A DNA stretch of 64,000 nt. It comes from Octopus vulgaris (lineage: Eukaryota). The translations under genes were made by a program, and so were the position numbers. Location: positions 14,136,001 to 14,200,000 of the forward strand of contig OX597841.1 of NCBI GenBank assembly GCA_951406725.2, written 5' to 3'. Shown here in pieces: positions 1 through 12,917 of this stretch. The notes below the pieces were generated by a model, which worked only from the letters and a program-made list of their open reading frames with translations, was not told where the DNA came from and ran no database searches. Each line of letters opens with the position of its first letter. Position 1 is the stretch's first letter.

Positions 1-360
1 TGCTGGCAAATCATTTTGTCCAATTCTCTACTGATTCTAACATATATTAATCCTTTTTCTTTTTGTAAATTTTGCTTGTTCAGCCTGGAAGAAAAGGGCA
101 GTGCCAATGACCCCTGCAGGCCTTTAGGGACCAGTTACCTCAATGTCCTTAACACTTACATTTCCATATTTCTGTTGAAAAAACCCTGCCTTTGTTTTAA
201 TTAATTTTGAAAACAACGAAGTGATTAGTAAAATAACTTTGTTAATTATTAATCTGGTGTTTGGAATTTCGAGAGAAGGTTTTTAGCTTAGATCACTTTA
301 ACCCTTTTGTTACCCTATTTGTGTTGAAATCCTCCGACTTTGTTTCAATTCATTTTGGAA

Positions 361-768
361 CTCTTTACTCTTTTACTTGTTTCAGTCATTTGACTGCGGC
401 CATGCTGGAGCACCGCTTTTAGTCGAGCAAATCGACCCCAGGACTTATTCTTTGTAAGCCCAGTACTTATTCTATCGGTCTCTTTTGCCGAACCGCTAAG
501 TGATGGGGATCTAAACACACCAGCATCGGTTGTCAAGCAATGCTAGGGGGACAACCACAGACACACAAACACACACACGCATACATATATATATACATAT
601 ATACGACAGGCTTCTTTTCAGTTTCTGTCTACCAAATCCACTCACAAGGCATTGGTCGGCCCGGGGCTATAGCAGAAGACACTTGCCCCAGGTGCCACGC
701 AGTGGGACTGAACCCGGAACCATGTGGTTGGTTAGCAAGCTACTTACCACACAGCCACTCCTGTGCCT
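361..768 (-). mobile_element. tRNA-derived SINE family A, full length
   Basis: Head ggagtggctgtgtggtaag...ggttcagtccc, internal TA/GT microsatellite, tail gaaacaagtaaaagag. Confidence 0.85.
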
Positions 769-1686
769 AATGAAGAAATTATTAAACTGACTTTGTCGTT
801 ATTAATCTGGTGTTTGGGACATGAATTGGCATGGAATTGTGATGAAGGTTTTAAGTTCAATCATGTTAAAACAGGAAATTTGTGTTCTAGAACTAGGGGG
901 TGTTTGCAAGCCTGTAGGAACTGGAGTGGCTGTGTGGTAAGAAGCCTGATTCTCAACCACATGGTTCCAGGTTCAGTCCCACTGTGGCACCTTGGGCAAG
1001 TGTCTTCTACTATAGCCACCGGCCGACCAAAGCCTTGTGAGTGGATTTGGTAGACGGAAACTGAAAGAAGCCCGCCGTGTGTGTGTTCATCATAGAGTGG
1101 GCTGAGTGCTTTTTAAGTGGCACCAACACAGGCGAGGTCAGTTTTGGCATGGTTTTTACATCTGGATGTCCTTCCAAATGCCAACCACTTTGTAGTGTGG
1201 ACTGGGTGCTTTTTAAGTGGCACCTGCACTGACAGGGTCACCAAGTAACTGGCAAGACAAAGATCCTTTGTGAGGGGAGGGGCCATTGGAAGAGGGGATC
1301 TTGTGTCGGATGATGAAAGGGTAAAGTGAGACAGAAACAGGTGTTTTGCTGTAGGGGAGGTTCATGGTTACCCAGCCAGAGAGAAGGGGTGGGGGAGAAA
1401 GAGGGCAGGTTAAATGAGTCACATTCAAATTGATTTTGTGATGCACTTAAAGAGGCACAGTCTAAAAGCCTCGGCTCTAAACAATAGCCTATTCTAAGAC
1501 AAGTGCCATAAAGTGACACATTTTTTGTGTTGGTGAGGTGTGTGGTTGGTTATATCAAGTGCAGGACCTAAGTGGTACTTATGGACAAAACAGGCATAAG
1601 TGTGGCTGTGTGGTAAGAAGTTTCCTTCCCAACCACACGATTCTGGGTTCAATCCCACTGCATGGCACCTTGGCAAAGTTTCTTCC

Positions 1687-2097
1687 TCTCTCGGCAGGAA
1701 TTGTCCCACTCTCGGCAGGAATCGTCCCTCTTTCAGCTGGAATTGTCCCTCTCTCGGCAGGAATTGTCCCTCTCTCGGCAGGAATTGTCCCTCTTTCAGC
1801 AGGAATTGTCCCTCTCTCGGCAGGAATTGTCCCTCTCTCGGCAGGAATTGTCCCTCTCTTGGTAGGAATTGTCCCTCCCTCGGCAGGAATTGTCCCTCTC
1901 TCGGCAGGAATTGTCCCTCTCTCGGCAGGAATTGTCCCACTCACGGCAGGAATTGTCCCACTCTCGGCAAGAATTGTACAACTCTCGGCAGGAATTGTCC
2001 CTCTCTCGGCAGGAATTGTCCCTCTCTCGGCAGGAATTGTCCCACTCTCGGCAGGAATTGTCCCACTCTCGGCAGGAATTGTCCCTCTCTCGGCAGA
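1687..2097. repeat. 21-bp minisatellite (ctctcggcaggaattgtccct), about 19 copies
   Basis: Direct inspection; produces spurious ORFs in all frames. Confidence 0.95.
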
Positions 2098-2224
2098 TGG
2101 ATTTCATCGACAAGTCGAAGCATACATACCTACATATATATATGTTCTTTACTACCACTTGGCAGCTGGTGGTGGTGGTTTCTACATCTACACAGGAAGG
2201 TTAGATGGTTTGAATTTTTTTTTT

Positions 2225-2649
2225 ATGTTCCTCCTCCCTTATTTTCAGGGGGCAGCATGTTTCGCCTTTGTATAACATACCACAGCTGCATGGGATGGAA
2301 TACACACAGTCTTTGGTCATATTCTCTTCTATAGATGGTTTTACTCAAAGGAGATATTTGCAAAGTGTTGTATTACTCTTGAATACCGTCCTGATGTCAT
2401 ATGGGCCGAATATCTTTTGTACTTTTTCCGAGAGGCCTTTCACATAGGGTAGACAGACTGTGGACAGTTTATTGGCCTCATCCTCCCTCCTCTTTCTAAT
2501 TGGAGTGGATAGTATGTTTTGGGTGGGGGTAGTTGTTGCTTAATAGATTGTTACTGAGCTTGATCATTTCTTTGTGGTGTGTATCAGGATCACTACTTAT
2601 ATTCTTTGCACGATGTTTTAGGCACTGAGCAATCCCTCTCTTTACACTG
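2225..2649 (-). pseudogene. Penelope-like element fragment (RT C-terminus/linker plus GIY-YIG endonuclease)
   Basis: Minus strand translates, with frameshifts and a stop, to SVKRGIAQCLKHRAKNISSD...VCLPYVKGLSEK...DCVYSIPCSCGMLYKGETCCPLKIREEEH, the typical PLE GIY-YIG signature. Confidence 0.85.
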
Positions 2650-3083
2650 TCTGGATGGTGGTAGTTTGTTTTACGTCACCTTAACCTAGCAGTTCAGCAA
2701 ATGGGACACCGACAGATTAAGTACCAGGCTTCAAAAAATTATATACTCTGAATTTGTTTGGCTAAAACCTTTGGAAGTGGTGCCCCAACACGGCTGCAGT
2801 CCAGTGACTGGAACGAGGGAAAGATAAGAGATGAGAGATTATTGAACCAAGAGGGGGGCAGTGGTGGTGGTCGTGGTTGGGAAGTCCACTTTCCTCATTA
2901 TCATCATCATCATCATCACCATCTGTTTTCCATGGTTTGGCACAGGTTGGATTGTTTGACAGAGGTTGGCATGGCTGGAGAGCTGCACTAAGCTCCTGTT
3001 GTCTGTTTTGGCATGGTTACTATGGCTGGGTGCCCTTCCAAATTCCAACCATTCTACAGAGTGTTTTGGGGAAGGAGGTTTAA

Positions 3084-3304
3084 CCCTTTAGTGTTCAGAA
3101 TACTCTGTTAAATGCAATACTTTTTCACTCAAATTGTTTTGAATTAATCATGCATTATCTTATATCTTTGAGGTTTCAATGATGTGATTGCTTATTTTCA
3201 GAATGGCATTGTAGGTTAGGAGTAAGAGGCTAGATATCGCCAGTTTGAATATAAGACATGTAGAATATATTGGGCCGGATTTGGCCGGTTTAAACACTAA
3301 AGGG
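3084..3304. mobile_element. piggyBac-type TTAA MITE
   Basis: ttaa-ccctttag...ctaaaggg-ttaa; same body as the 25461 copy, inverted. Confidence 0.75.
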
Positions 3305-3835
3305 TTAAATGCAACACCAGCACAGGCAATGGACCGGATGCTCGGCCGAAACAAATAGTTGTATGGTCTAAGTGTCCTTGTTCACTCCCAGAGAACAGAG
3401 TTTGTCTGTCACTTGTATCCTATGTTGCCACTTGGGGAACAATGGTGGTGTAGTGAGACTTGTCATGACACAACAATGGCTTGTTATTGTGAGAGGCTGA
3501 GTTGTTGGCCAATCAGCAGCCAGACGTCACATGACACATCAGTCTAGATGAGTGGTTCTCAACCAGAGTCCATTATGCCCCCCCCCCCCAGGGTCCATAT
3601 AAGATTTTTGGGGTCCATGCAACAAAATGGTAAATTGGAAATCCACAATACTTTTTGCTCTTACTCTCTCTCTCTCTCTCCTCTCGTTTTCCCTCTGACT
3701 CAGTCATCAAATATCTCCTTTACATCGGCACACCTGTTTCTGTGCTTTCTCTTGTACCTCTCTCTCTCTCTCCTTTCTCTCTCCTTTCTCTTCTCCTTCT
3801 CTCCCCATGTACCTCCTCTATAGCAAAACACCTGT

Positions 3836-4240
3836 TTCTTATTTCTTTATTGCCCACAAGGGGCTAAACATAGAGAGGATAAACAAAGACAGACAAAGGG
3901 ATTAAGTCGATTACATCAACCCCCAGTGCACAACTGGTACTTAATTTATTGACCCCAAAAGGATGAAAGGCAAAAATCGACCTCGGCGGAATTTGAACTC
4001 ACAACGTAACAGCAGACGAAATACTTATTTCTTTACTACCCACAAGGGGCTAACCACAGAAAGGACAAACAAGGACGGATTAAGTCAATTATATCGACCC
4101 AGTGCGTAACTGGTACTTATTTAATCGACCCCGAAAGGATGGAAGACAAAGTCGACCTCGGCGGAATTTGAACTCAGAACCTAACGGCAGACGAAATACC
4201 GCTAAGCATTTCACCTGGCATGCTAACGATTCTACTACCT
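3836..4240 (-). mobile_element. SINE family B dimer
   Basis: Two tandem units with the same junction as 25107-25932. Confidence 0.75.
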
Positions 4241-4865
4241 TGCCCCCTATTTCTGCCTCTCTGACACACTCCAACCTTTCATCCTGTGACACACATTTCC
4301 CTCCTCAAATGCCTCTGCCCCTCTCATGATTTCCTTGTCTTGCAAGTTACTCAGTGAGCCTGCCAATGCTGGTGCCACGTGAAAAGCATCCAAGTCTACA
4401 CTGTATAGTGGTTGGCATTTGGAAGGGCATCCAGCTAACCATGCAAAACTCACCTCACTTGTGCTAGGACCACATAAAAAGCACGGAGTCCACTCTGTAG
4501 GCTGGTTGCTGTTAGGAAGGGCATCCAGCCATTAAAACCCTGCCAAAACAGACACAGTAACCTAGGGTAGTTTTCTACCTGGTTGCCCCCTGTCAACCAT
4601 CCTACCTGTGCATGTATGGAAGGAGAATTCCGCTGAGGTCGACTTTGCCTTTCGTCCTTTCGGGGTCAATAAATTAAGTACCAGTTACGCACTGGGATCG
4701 ATATAATTGACTTAATCCCTTTGTCCTTGTTTGTCCCCTCTATGTTTAGCCCCCAGTGGGCAATAAAAAAAAATTTTTGTGTCCTTCCTTGTTGGTGTTT
4801 AACCCTCGGTCAGTGTTGATCCAGCAAGCCTATGAACGAAAGGTCTTCCAGCGTTGATCATCTTT

Positions 4866-5272
4866 CTCTCTTTCTCTTTTTACTTGTTTCAGTCATTTGA
4901 CTGCGGCCATGCTGGAGCACTGCCTTTAATCGAGCAACTCGACCCCGGGACTTATTCTTTGTAAGCCCAGTACTTATTCTATCGGTCTCTTTTGCCGAAC
5001 AGCTAAGTGACGGGGACATAAACACACCAGCATCGGTTGTCAAGCAATGTTAGGGGGACAAATACAGACACACAAACATACACGCACATACATATACATA
5101 TATATACATATATACGACGGGCTTCTTTCAGTTTCCGTCTACCAAATCCACTCACAAGGCTTTGGTCGGTCCGAGGCTACAGTAGAAGACACTTGCCCAA
5201 GGTGCCACGCAGTGGGACTGAACCCGGAACCATGTGGTTGGTAAGCAAGCTACTTACCACACAGCCACTCCT
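4866..5272 (-). mobile_element. SINE family A
   Basis: Near-identical to 361-768. Confidence 0.85.
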
Positions 5273-5539
5273 ATCTTTTAACTAGACACAGTGTATCTAG
5301 GACTACATTATCTAATGTATCCATCCTTGCTGAATGCGGTTAGGTCCTTGTGAGGGGTTGGTACGAATCCATGTTTCCCACAGGCTATAACATCAGTGCC
5401 TCTTGGTTGTCTAGTCCCTGCGGGAGAACTGGCTCGTCCATGTATTTATGATAAAGGCTTGAACGCTGAGAAACCGTTCTCACCCCCCAGCCCACCACAG
5501 TCTTGTTGTTACTCGCTGCCCCACCCCACCACCACCACC

Positions 5540-5660
5540 ACTCACACTTTCTGACCCAGATATTCTCGAATGCATTTCTTGTGTGCCGTGATCCGGCGGC
5601 TGCCATTTCTAGCAGGTCCGGTTTACGATCCTCTTTCGCCGCTCTCTGATTGGTTCCCTG
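5540..5660. promoter_or_regulatory. Candidate CpG-rich promoter / first-exon region
   Basis: Locally CpG-rich unique sequence with a CCAAT box (gattgg, ~5648-5653), minus-strand aaATGGCAGCCGCC and a downstream gtgagt donor. Confidence 0.3.
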
Positions 5661-6607
5661 TTGTGTGTGTCTCCCATCGGTCTGTACGTCTGTCTGTCTG
5701 CATGACTTTTACCCCCCCCCTCTCTCTCCTTCGCTCTGTCTCTTTTTCTCTCCTCCCCTTCTAATGAACCTCACCTCTGCCAACCTTCGCTGCTGCTGCT
5801 ATATTACTTTCTCTCTCTCTTTCTCTCTCTCTTCCCCCTCTCTTATTTTGGCTTACTAGAGAGGGAAGAGTGAGAGGTTGGCATTGTTGACTGAAGGAAG
5901 GGGGAATAACATAGTGAACGCGAGAGGAAGACGGGGCGGGGGTTAGTATGGTGGTGGTGGTGGTGGTGGTGGTAGGAAGAGGCAGAAGACAGCAGTGGTT
6001 GAAAGATGAGCTGAAGCCGATAGTAGTGGGAGGAGGAAGCAAGAGGCTGTGGTGGTAGAAGGAGGAGGAGGCATAGCGTTATTGTGATGAGGTCGGCTTC
6101 ATTACTGCAGTGGCGGTGGTGGTTGTGGTGGTGGTGGAGGTAGAGGTGATGATGGTGGAGATGGAGACGGGGTGGGGTGGGGGGACGAGTAGTAGTTTTT
6201 TGTTTTTTTTTGGCAGGTTCTCGCCGTGACCATCATGCCTGCTCGTGCGCTTGTGTCTGTCTGTGTGTGTGTGTGTGTGTGCGTGGTTTAGATCTGTGAT
6301 TTAGGTGTATCTAGGACTACATTAATTTAATGTGCCTTGGTTTTTTTGGGGGGGCTCTTTTTTTGTCTTAATTCAAGACTTTGGTGTGTGTGTGTGTGAT
6401 TTTTTATTTTTATTTATTTGGCTTCTTTGCAAATTGGAAGAAAAAACGAGGGGGTGGGGGGGGGAGGGCGGGGAAGGAAGGGCTTGAGTGATAGGAAGAG
6501 ATTTTGGCGAGGTGGTCTTGTCTCCAATGGCTACAACACAGCTACAACCAACCAACCTCCTCCTCTCAAAACACACTTTCACTCACACTCACACTCCACC
6601 GCGCGCG

Positions 6608-6653
<46 letters not shown>

Positions 6654-6834
6654 ACACTTAACCCTCTGTATGTTGTGACTCATGCAACTTCTTCACATTT
6701 CACACACACAGACACACACACAGCCTTCCGCTTCGTATTTTAGTGTTTCGCCTGCACTCACGGCGGTCTTCCAGGTACACACACCTATTAAACGAAACAC
6801 ACACACACACACACTCACTCGCCGAATTTTACAC

Positions 6835-6868
<34 letters not shown>

Positions 6869-7544
6869 CTACTCTTTTACTTGTTTCAGTCATTTGACTG
6901 CGGCCATGCTGGAGCACCGCCTTTTAGTCGAGCAACTCGACCCCCGGGACTGTTCTCATGTAGTACCCACACCCTTTCCCTTTTCACACACACTCGAAAT
7001 TTTACATACACACGTACAATCTTTCACACATACACACTTTCACGCACGTACACACACACACACACACATACACTCATATACACGTTCTCTTGACACACAT
7101 TGTCGCACATACACTTACATACATCCGCACACGCTTACGTACACACACACGTTCTCACACTCTCACTCACTTCAGTCCACCTTCACTTTCACTCGCACTC
7201 ACACCTCCTTCCCCCTCCGTGACTTCCTTCTGCTTTGATTCAACACATCTCCTGTCTTTGTTTCCTCCCCGCTCTTACTCTCACTTTCCCTCCATCCCCC
7301 TCTCTCTCCCAATCCTCACTCCTCCTCCTCCTCCATTGTACCCCAATATCTTTGAAGTCTTCTTACACAGGTGTTCTTACTCGTCCTTTGTTTTGGCTCT
7401 TTTCCTCCCTCATTCCGCTCCGGTTGTTTTCAAAAGAAAGACACTTGCTCAAGGTGGTAGGCATGGATGTGTGTCCTACTGTGTGACACATTTGGGCAAG
7501 TGGAGTTGGTTGGCGGAAACTGAAAGAAGCCCGCCGAATATATT

Positions 7545-7942
7545 CTTTTATTCTTTTACTTGCTTCAGTCATTTGACGGTGGCCATGCTGGAGCATCGCC
7601 TTCAGTCGAGCAAATCGACCGCAGGACTTATTCTTTGGAAGCCTAGTACTCATTCTATTGGTCTGTTTTGCCGAACTGCTAAGTTACGAGGAGGTAAACA
7701 CACCAGCATCGGTTGTCAAGCGATGTTGGGGGGGACAAACACAGACACACACATATATATATATACACACACACATATATATGACAGGCTTCTTTCAGTT
7801 TCCATCTACCAAATCCACACACAAGGCTTTGGTCAGCCTGAGGCTATAGTAGAAGACACTTGCCCAAGGTGCCACGCAGTGGGACTGAACCCAGAACCAT
7901 GTGGTTGGTAAGCAAGCTATTTACCACATAGCCACTCCTATG

Positions 7943-7946
<4 letters not shown>
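7545..7946 (-). mobile_element. SINE family A
   Basis: Similar to 361-768. Confidence 0.8.
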
Positions 7947-7987
<41 letters not shown>

Positions 7988-7994
7988 GTCTGTG

Positions 7995-8030
<36 letters not shown>

Positions 8031-8440
8031 CTTGTTTCTAGCTACAAGCTTCCGGGTGTCTGTGTTTGTTCACCCACCATACACGGATTAATTTCTAAAA
8101 AAATTAAACTCATTAGATTTCAACTGGACTATTTGTTATTGCTACGGGGGGGGGGGGGCACGCCAATCATCGTGAAGTTGATTGGTCGTAAGTTGACGAT
8201 GTCCTGTATAACTATCAAATATATAGTTGTTACATTTATGTAAGGTATACATTAGTAACAAAAGTTGTTGAAATATTGCTATAACAAAACAAGAAGTTAG
8301 AAAATTGTTTTTGCATTTATTTACCATTACACATGTTTCATTTGCTAATAGGAACTACAAAAATTGTACATGTTGGATAAACATGTAAGAAAATTTCCTA
8401 TCAATAATTCTTCAGACTGAATCAGATAATATCAAAACTT

Positions 8441-8677
8441 TCTTATTTCTTTACTGCCTACAAGGGGCTACACACAGAGGGGACAAACAAGGACAGACAA
8501 ACGGATTAAGTTGATTATATCAACCCCAGTGCGTAACTGGTACTTATTTAATCGACCCCGAAAGGATGAAAGGCAAAGTCGACCTCGGCGGAATTTGAAC
8601 TCAGAACGTAGCGACAGACGAAATACTGCTAGGGGTTCCGCCCGGTGTGCTAACGTTTCTGCCAGCTCACCGCCTTA
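8441..8677 (-). mobile_element. SINE family B monomer
   Basis: Full head, core and tail. Confidence 0.8.
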
Positions 8678-8903
8678 ACTTTCTGTTTTGTTATATGATG
8701 GCATTAGTGTTGACCAGACTATTAGATGTGGTTATACATCGCTGGTCACAGTGTACTTCACTTCGTTTTAGCTTTTGAATGATGCCATCCTGCTGGCCAA
8801 GGGAGCAAGCCAACGGCCCCCAGCATGGCTGCAGTCAAACAACTGAAACAAGTAAAAGGAAACAAAGGATATATCGATACATGTTTGTCCCCTACCACCA
8901 TTT

Positions 8904-9308
8904 ACTCTTTACTCTTTTCAGTCATTTGACTGCGGCCATGCTGGAGCACCGCCTTTAGTCAAGCAAATCGACCCCGGAACTTATTCTTTGTAAGCCCAGT
9001 ACTTATTCTATCGGTCTATTTTGCCGAACCGCTAAGTGACGGGAACGTAAACACACCAGCATCGGTTGTCAAGCGATGTTGGGGGGACAAACACAGACAC
9101 ACAAATACATAAACACACATATATATATATATATACATATATACGACAGGCTTCTTTCAGTTTCCGCCTACCAAATCCACTCACAAGGCTTTGGTCGGCC
9201 CAAGGCTATAGTAGAAGACACTTGCCCAAGATGCCACGCAGTGGGACTGAACCCGGAACCATGTGGTTGGTTAGCAAGCTACTTACCACACAGCCACTCC
9301 TGCGCCTA
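8904..9308 (-). mobile_element. SINE family A
   Basis: Near-identical to 361-768. Confidence 0.85.
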
Positions 9309-10089
9309 TTGGTGTTGGTTTTTTTACATTCCTGTGACTTAGCAGTTCAGCAAAAGGAGACAAATGGAATGAGCACCAGGCTTAGCCCTTTAGCAATTAA
9401 ACCAGCCATGTCTGGCCTCTCACACCTGCCCTACAATGTCATTCTAAAAACATGCAATCACATCATTGAAAGCTGTGAGATAATCCAGGATTAATTGTAA
9501 ACAATGTGGATAAATAAGCATTACTTTAGACAGAATAATCTGATTGTTAAAGGGTTAAAATAGGGACCACGTGAACCAATGAGGGAGCTTCTATGTTGTC
9601 ACTTGACCTTACACAATGTAACAGCCAAATCTCCCCTCAGTAAACTCCCTACTCTCTTTAACCCTTTAACATGTAAACCAGCCACATCCAGGGTTCCAAA
9701 TATTCAACTTGTTTTATGTCCAAATTGGCCAGATCCACTCTAAGAAATAAACAATCAAATCATTGGAATCTCAAAGCTATGAGATAAAATTGTGATTAAT
9801 TGAAAACAACGTCAATAGATGAGGATTACATTTGACAGGGTAACCTGAATCCTAAAGGGCTAATGTGCACTTTCTGTGCTTGCTCGGGGCTCTGTCGTGC
9901 ACATGTGCACACACACACACGCACATGCGACTGACTGACTTAACTCCTTTCAGTTTCTGTCTACCAAATCCCATCATGGGGCTCTGGTTGGCCTGAGGCT
10001 ATAGTACAAGACTTTGGAGCCATGTGTTTGGGAAGTTTAACGTCTTACCATGACCTGTATGAAAAAAAAATTAAAACATTTTGTAGAAT

Positions 10090-10484
10090 TGTGTGGTAAG
10101 TAGCTTGCTAACCAACCACATGGTTGCGGGTTCAGTCCCACTGCGTGGCATCTTGGGCAAGTGTCTTCTGCTATAGCCCCGGGCCGACCAATGCCTTGTG
10201 AGTGGATTTGGTAGACGGAAACTGAAAGAAGCCTGTCGTATATATGTATATATATATATGTGTGTGTGTGTGTGTATGTGTTTGTGTGTCTGTGTTTTGT
10301 CCCCCTAGCATTGCTTGACAACCGATGCTGGTGTGTTTACGTTCCCGTCACTTAGCGGTTCGGCAAAAGAGACCGATAGAATAAGTACTGGGCTTACAAA
10401 GAATAAGTCCCGGGGTCGATTTGATCGACTAAAGGCGGTGCTCCAGCATGGCTGCAGTCAAATGAATGAAACAAGTAAAAGAGT
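10090..10484 (+). mobile_element. SINE family A
   Basis: Reverse-complement match to 8904-9308. Confidence 0.85.
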
Positions 10485-11713
10485 AATTTATTGTAGATAG
10501 ATTTTAACAACAAAACTTTATTTGGACCCTTAAAGGTCATAAGGACCCTGGTTGAGAATCACTGGTTTAAATATTGCATATATATGCTTTAAATACTGTA
10601 CATAACCATTCTAAATAGTGTGAGTGTATGTGCACATGGATTTCTGTCTATGTATATATATAGGTACAAGTGTGGCTGTGTGGTAAGAAGTTTGATTCCC
10701 AACCACATGGTTCCGGGTTCAGTCCCACTGTGTGGCACCTTGGGCAAGTGTATTCTGCTATAACCTCGGGTCAACCAAAGCCTTATGAGTGGATTTGGTT
10801 GATGGAAACTGAAAGAAGCCTGTCATATATAAATACGTGTGTGTGTGTGTGTGTGAGAGAGAGATCAGGTCTTTGTCTCCCTCTGCTGCTTGACAACTGG
10901 TATTGGTGTATTTATGTTCCTATAACTTAGCGGTTTGCCAAACGATCGATAAAATAAGCACCAGGCTTAACCAAAGTATGAAAATGAAAATAAGTACTGA
11001 GATTGATTAATTTGACTAAAGATCCTTTAAGGCAATGCCCTAGCATGACCGCAGCCTAATAACTGAAACACTTAAAAAAGAAAGAAAGAAACCTACATGT
11101 GACTATTGTAATGAATCATCATCATCATCATCGTCGTCGTTTAGCGTCCGCTCTCCATGCTAGCATGGGTTGGGCGGTTCGACCGGGGATCTGGGAAGTC
11201 AGAAGGCTGCACTAGACTCCAATGTTGATCTGGCAATGTTTCTACAGCTGGATGCCCTTCCTAACGCCAACCACTCCGTGAGAGGTGCCAGGCGAGGGTG
11301 GCAAACGGCCACGATCGGATTGTGTTTTTTACGTGTCACCAGCACGAGGCCAGTCGGGGCGGCGCTGGCATGAAAATCTAGATGTAACAAGAAAGGTTAC
11401 CTCTGCAAGTTCTGTTTGGCAACGCTGATGGCCTCACCTTTTCCAAATTGCTCAAAAGAGGTTCTGTTATTCGAGATGACAGCTTCAGCAAGAGAGGAAG
11501 AGTACTGAGTACTTGAATAGACAAAATCTTATTTTTCGTACCATTACTTTTGAATTACTCTGTATTTGTATGCGTGTAACTCCAATGCAATTAATGCGTG
11601 TCTTCCTTGTTGGTATTGCCTACATGTGTATATCAATATTTGTGTTTCTATGTAATAAATCCTTAATAATGACCTCCCCACTTCCCCCCCCCTCTCTGTC
11701 TCTGCTATTCCAG

Positions 11714-11811
11714 ATCAGGTCACTGTTGTTGTGTGACACTAAGACTTGTGTCATCAGTGGTTTGGTAGGGATTCACTTCCTGGCAGAGAGAGTGTCTTTT
11801 ACATTTGGACA
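11714..11811 (+). other. Candidate non-coding (5' UTR) exon
   Basis: Strong pyrimidine tract with ttccag acceptor and A|gtgagt donor around 98 nt of unique sequence upstream of the start-codon exon. Confidence 0.35.
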
Positions 11812-11887
11812 GTGAGTTCTCTGACTTTTTCCTTCTTCTTTTTGTATTCATACATACACACATGCTTACATATGTACACACACACAC

Positions 11888-12113
11888 AAATTTATAATTG
11901 TATATATAATTATATTAAAGGGTGCAGATTGACCACACCAACATGCTAGAAATAGATGCCAAATGGCTCTAAAAACCACCTCAGTACTCCCTTAGCCCCT
12001 GTGCTAATGGAGTACTGAGGTGGTTTTCAGAGCCATTTGGCATATATTTCTAGCATGTTGGTGTGGTCAGTTCACAATGTTATTATTATTATTATTTATA
12101 CAATTATAAATTT
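11888..12113. repeat. Long palindrome (about 67-bp arms, 6-nt loop) with an outer 17-bp inverted pair
   Basis: 11930-11996 pairs with 12003-12069; aaatttataattgtata pairs with tatacaattataaattt. Confidence 0.9.
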
Positions 12114-12189
12114 ACCTACAAGGTTTTCATTTCACACTGACCACTTGATAAAATTATTAAAGTGATTTTATCCTTAATTCTGTATAAAG

Positions 12190-12243
<54 letters not shown>

Positions 12244-12339
12244 CAGGAAGGTTTACGAAAATAAACAAAAGACGAAGGCAGGTGGTGTACAAACAAACAA
12301 ATGTATTAGTATGGAGCTCAGGGATAGAAATAGAACAAG

Positions 12340-12377
12340 TCTTTTACGTTTCAAGCCTACGCTCTTCGACAGAAAGA
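12340..12377 (-). ncRNA. Hammerhead-like motif, CUGUCGA (A6U) family
   Basis: Minus strand reads TCTTT-CTGTCGA-a-GAGC(gtag)GCTT-GAAA-CGTA-AAAGA. Confidence 0.55.
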
Positions 12378-12864
12378 TACACAGAAAAATCAAGGAGAGA
12401 AACAATATATATATATATATCTGTAAATGTAATATGAGACAATTATTCGGTAGCCATGATATCCACGCTTGCCATCTCTTCAGTTATCTGGCCATCGGAA
12501 AAATGCTATGAAAATCCGATGGCTGGATAACTGAAGAGATGGCGGCGTGGATTTCCACCTCGGCATCCGGAACTCGGATAAGAAGTTATGCAGTGACTCG
12601 AGGGCCGAGAGTTTCATATTTTGGCGCTTATCAACCTTGATGATGCATGAAATTTTTGGTCTTTGACTCACTCCAGCTTCTGCCAATTAATAAGAAAATA
12701 GATTTATACTCACACTTATGTTTTGAGTTCTCTTTGTATTACAAAACCTATGTTTGTATATGTATGTGTGTATGTATATATATGTATGTATATGTATGTA
12801 TATATATGTATGTATTTGTATGTATATATATGTATGTGTCTATGTATATATATTTGTATGTATA

Positions 12865-12917
<53 letters not shown>

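Noticed and set aside
530-790. Recurrent ORFs such as MSSNARG.../EDTCPRCHAVGLNPEPCGW
   Set aside because: Antisense translations of SINE family A, not a protein family
1494-2334. Long overlapping ORFs (GIVPLSA, GRNCPSL and QFLPREG repeats)
   Set aside because: Translations of a stop-free 21-bp minisatellite; no spacers, so not CRISPR
6736-6778. Minus-strand ctggaaga-cc-GCC..GGC-GAAAC
   Set aside because: Core has extra bases and there is no convincing stem I or III
11438-11511. Minus-strand exon-like segment with AAG|gtgagg donor
   Set aside because: Two frames are open but there is no recognisable product or partner exon
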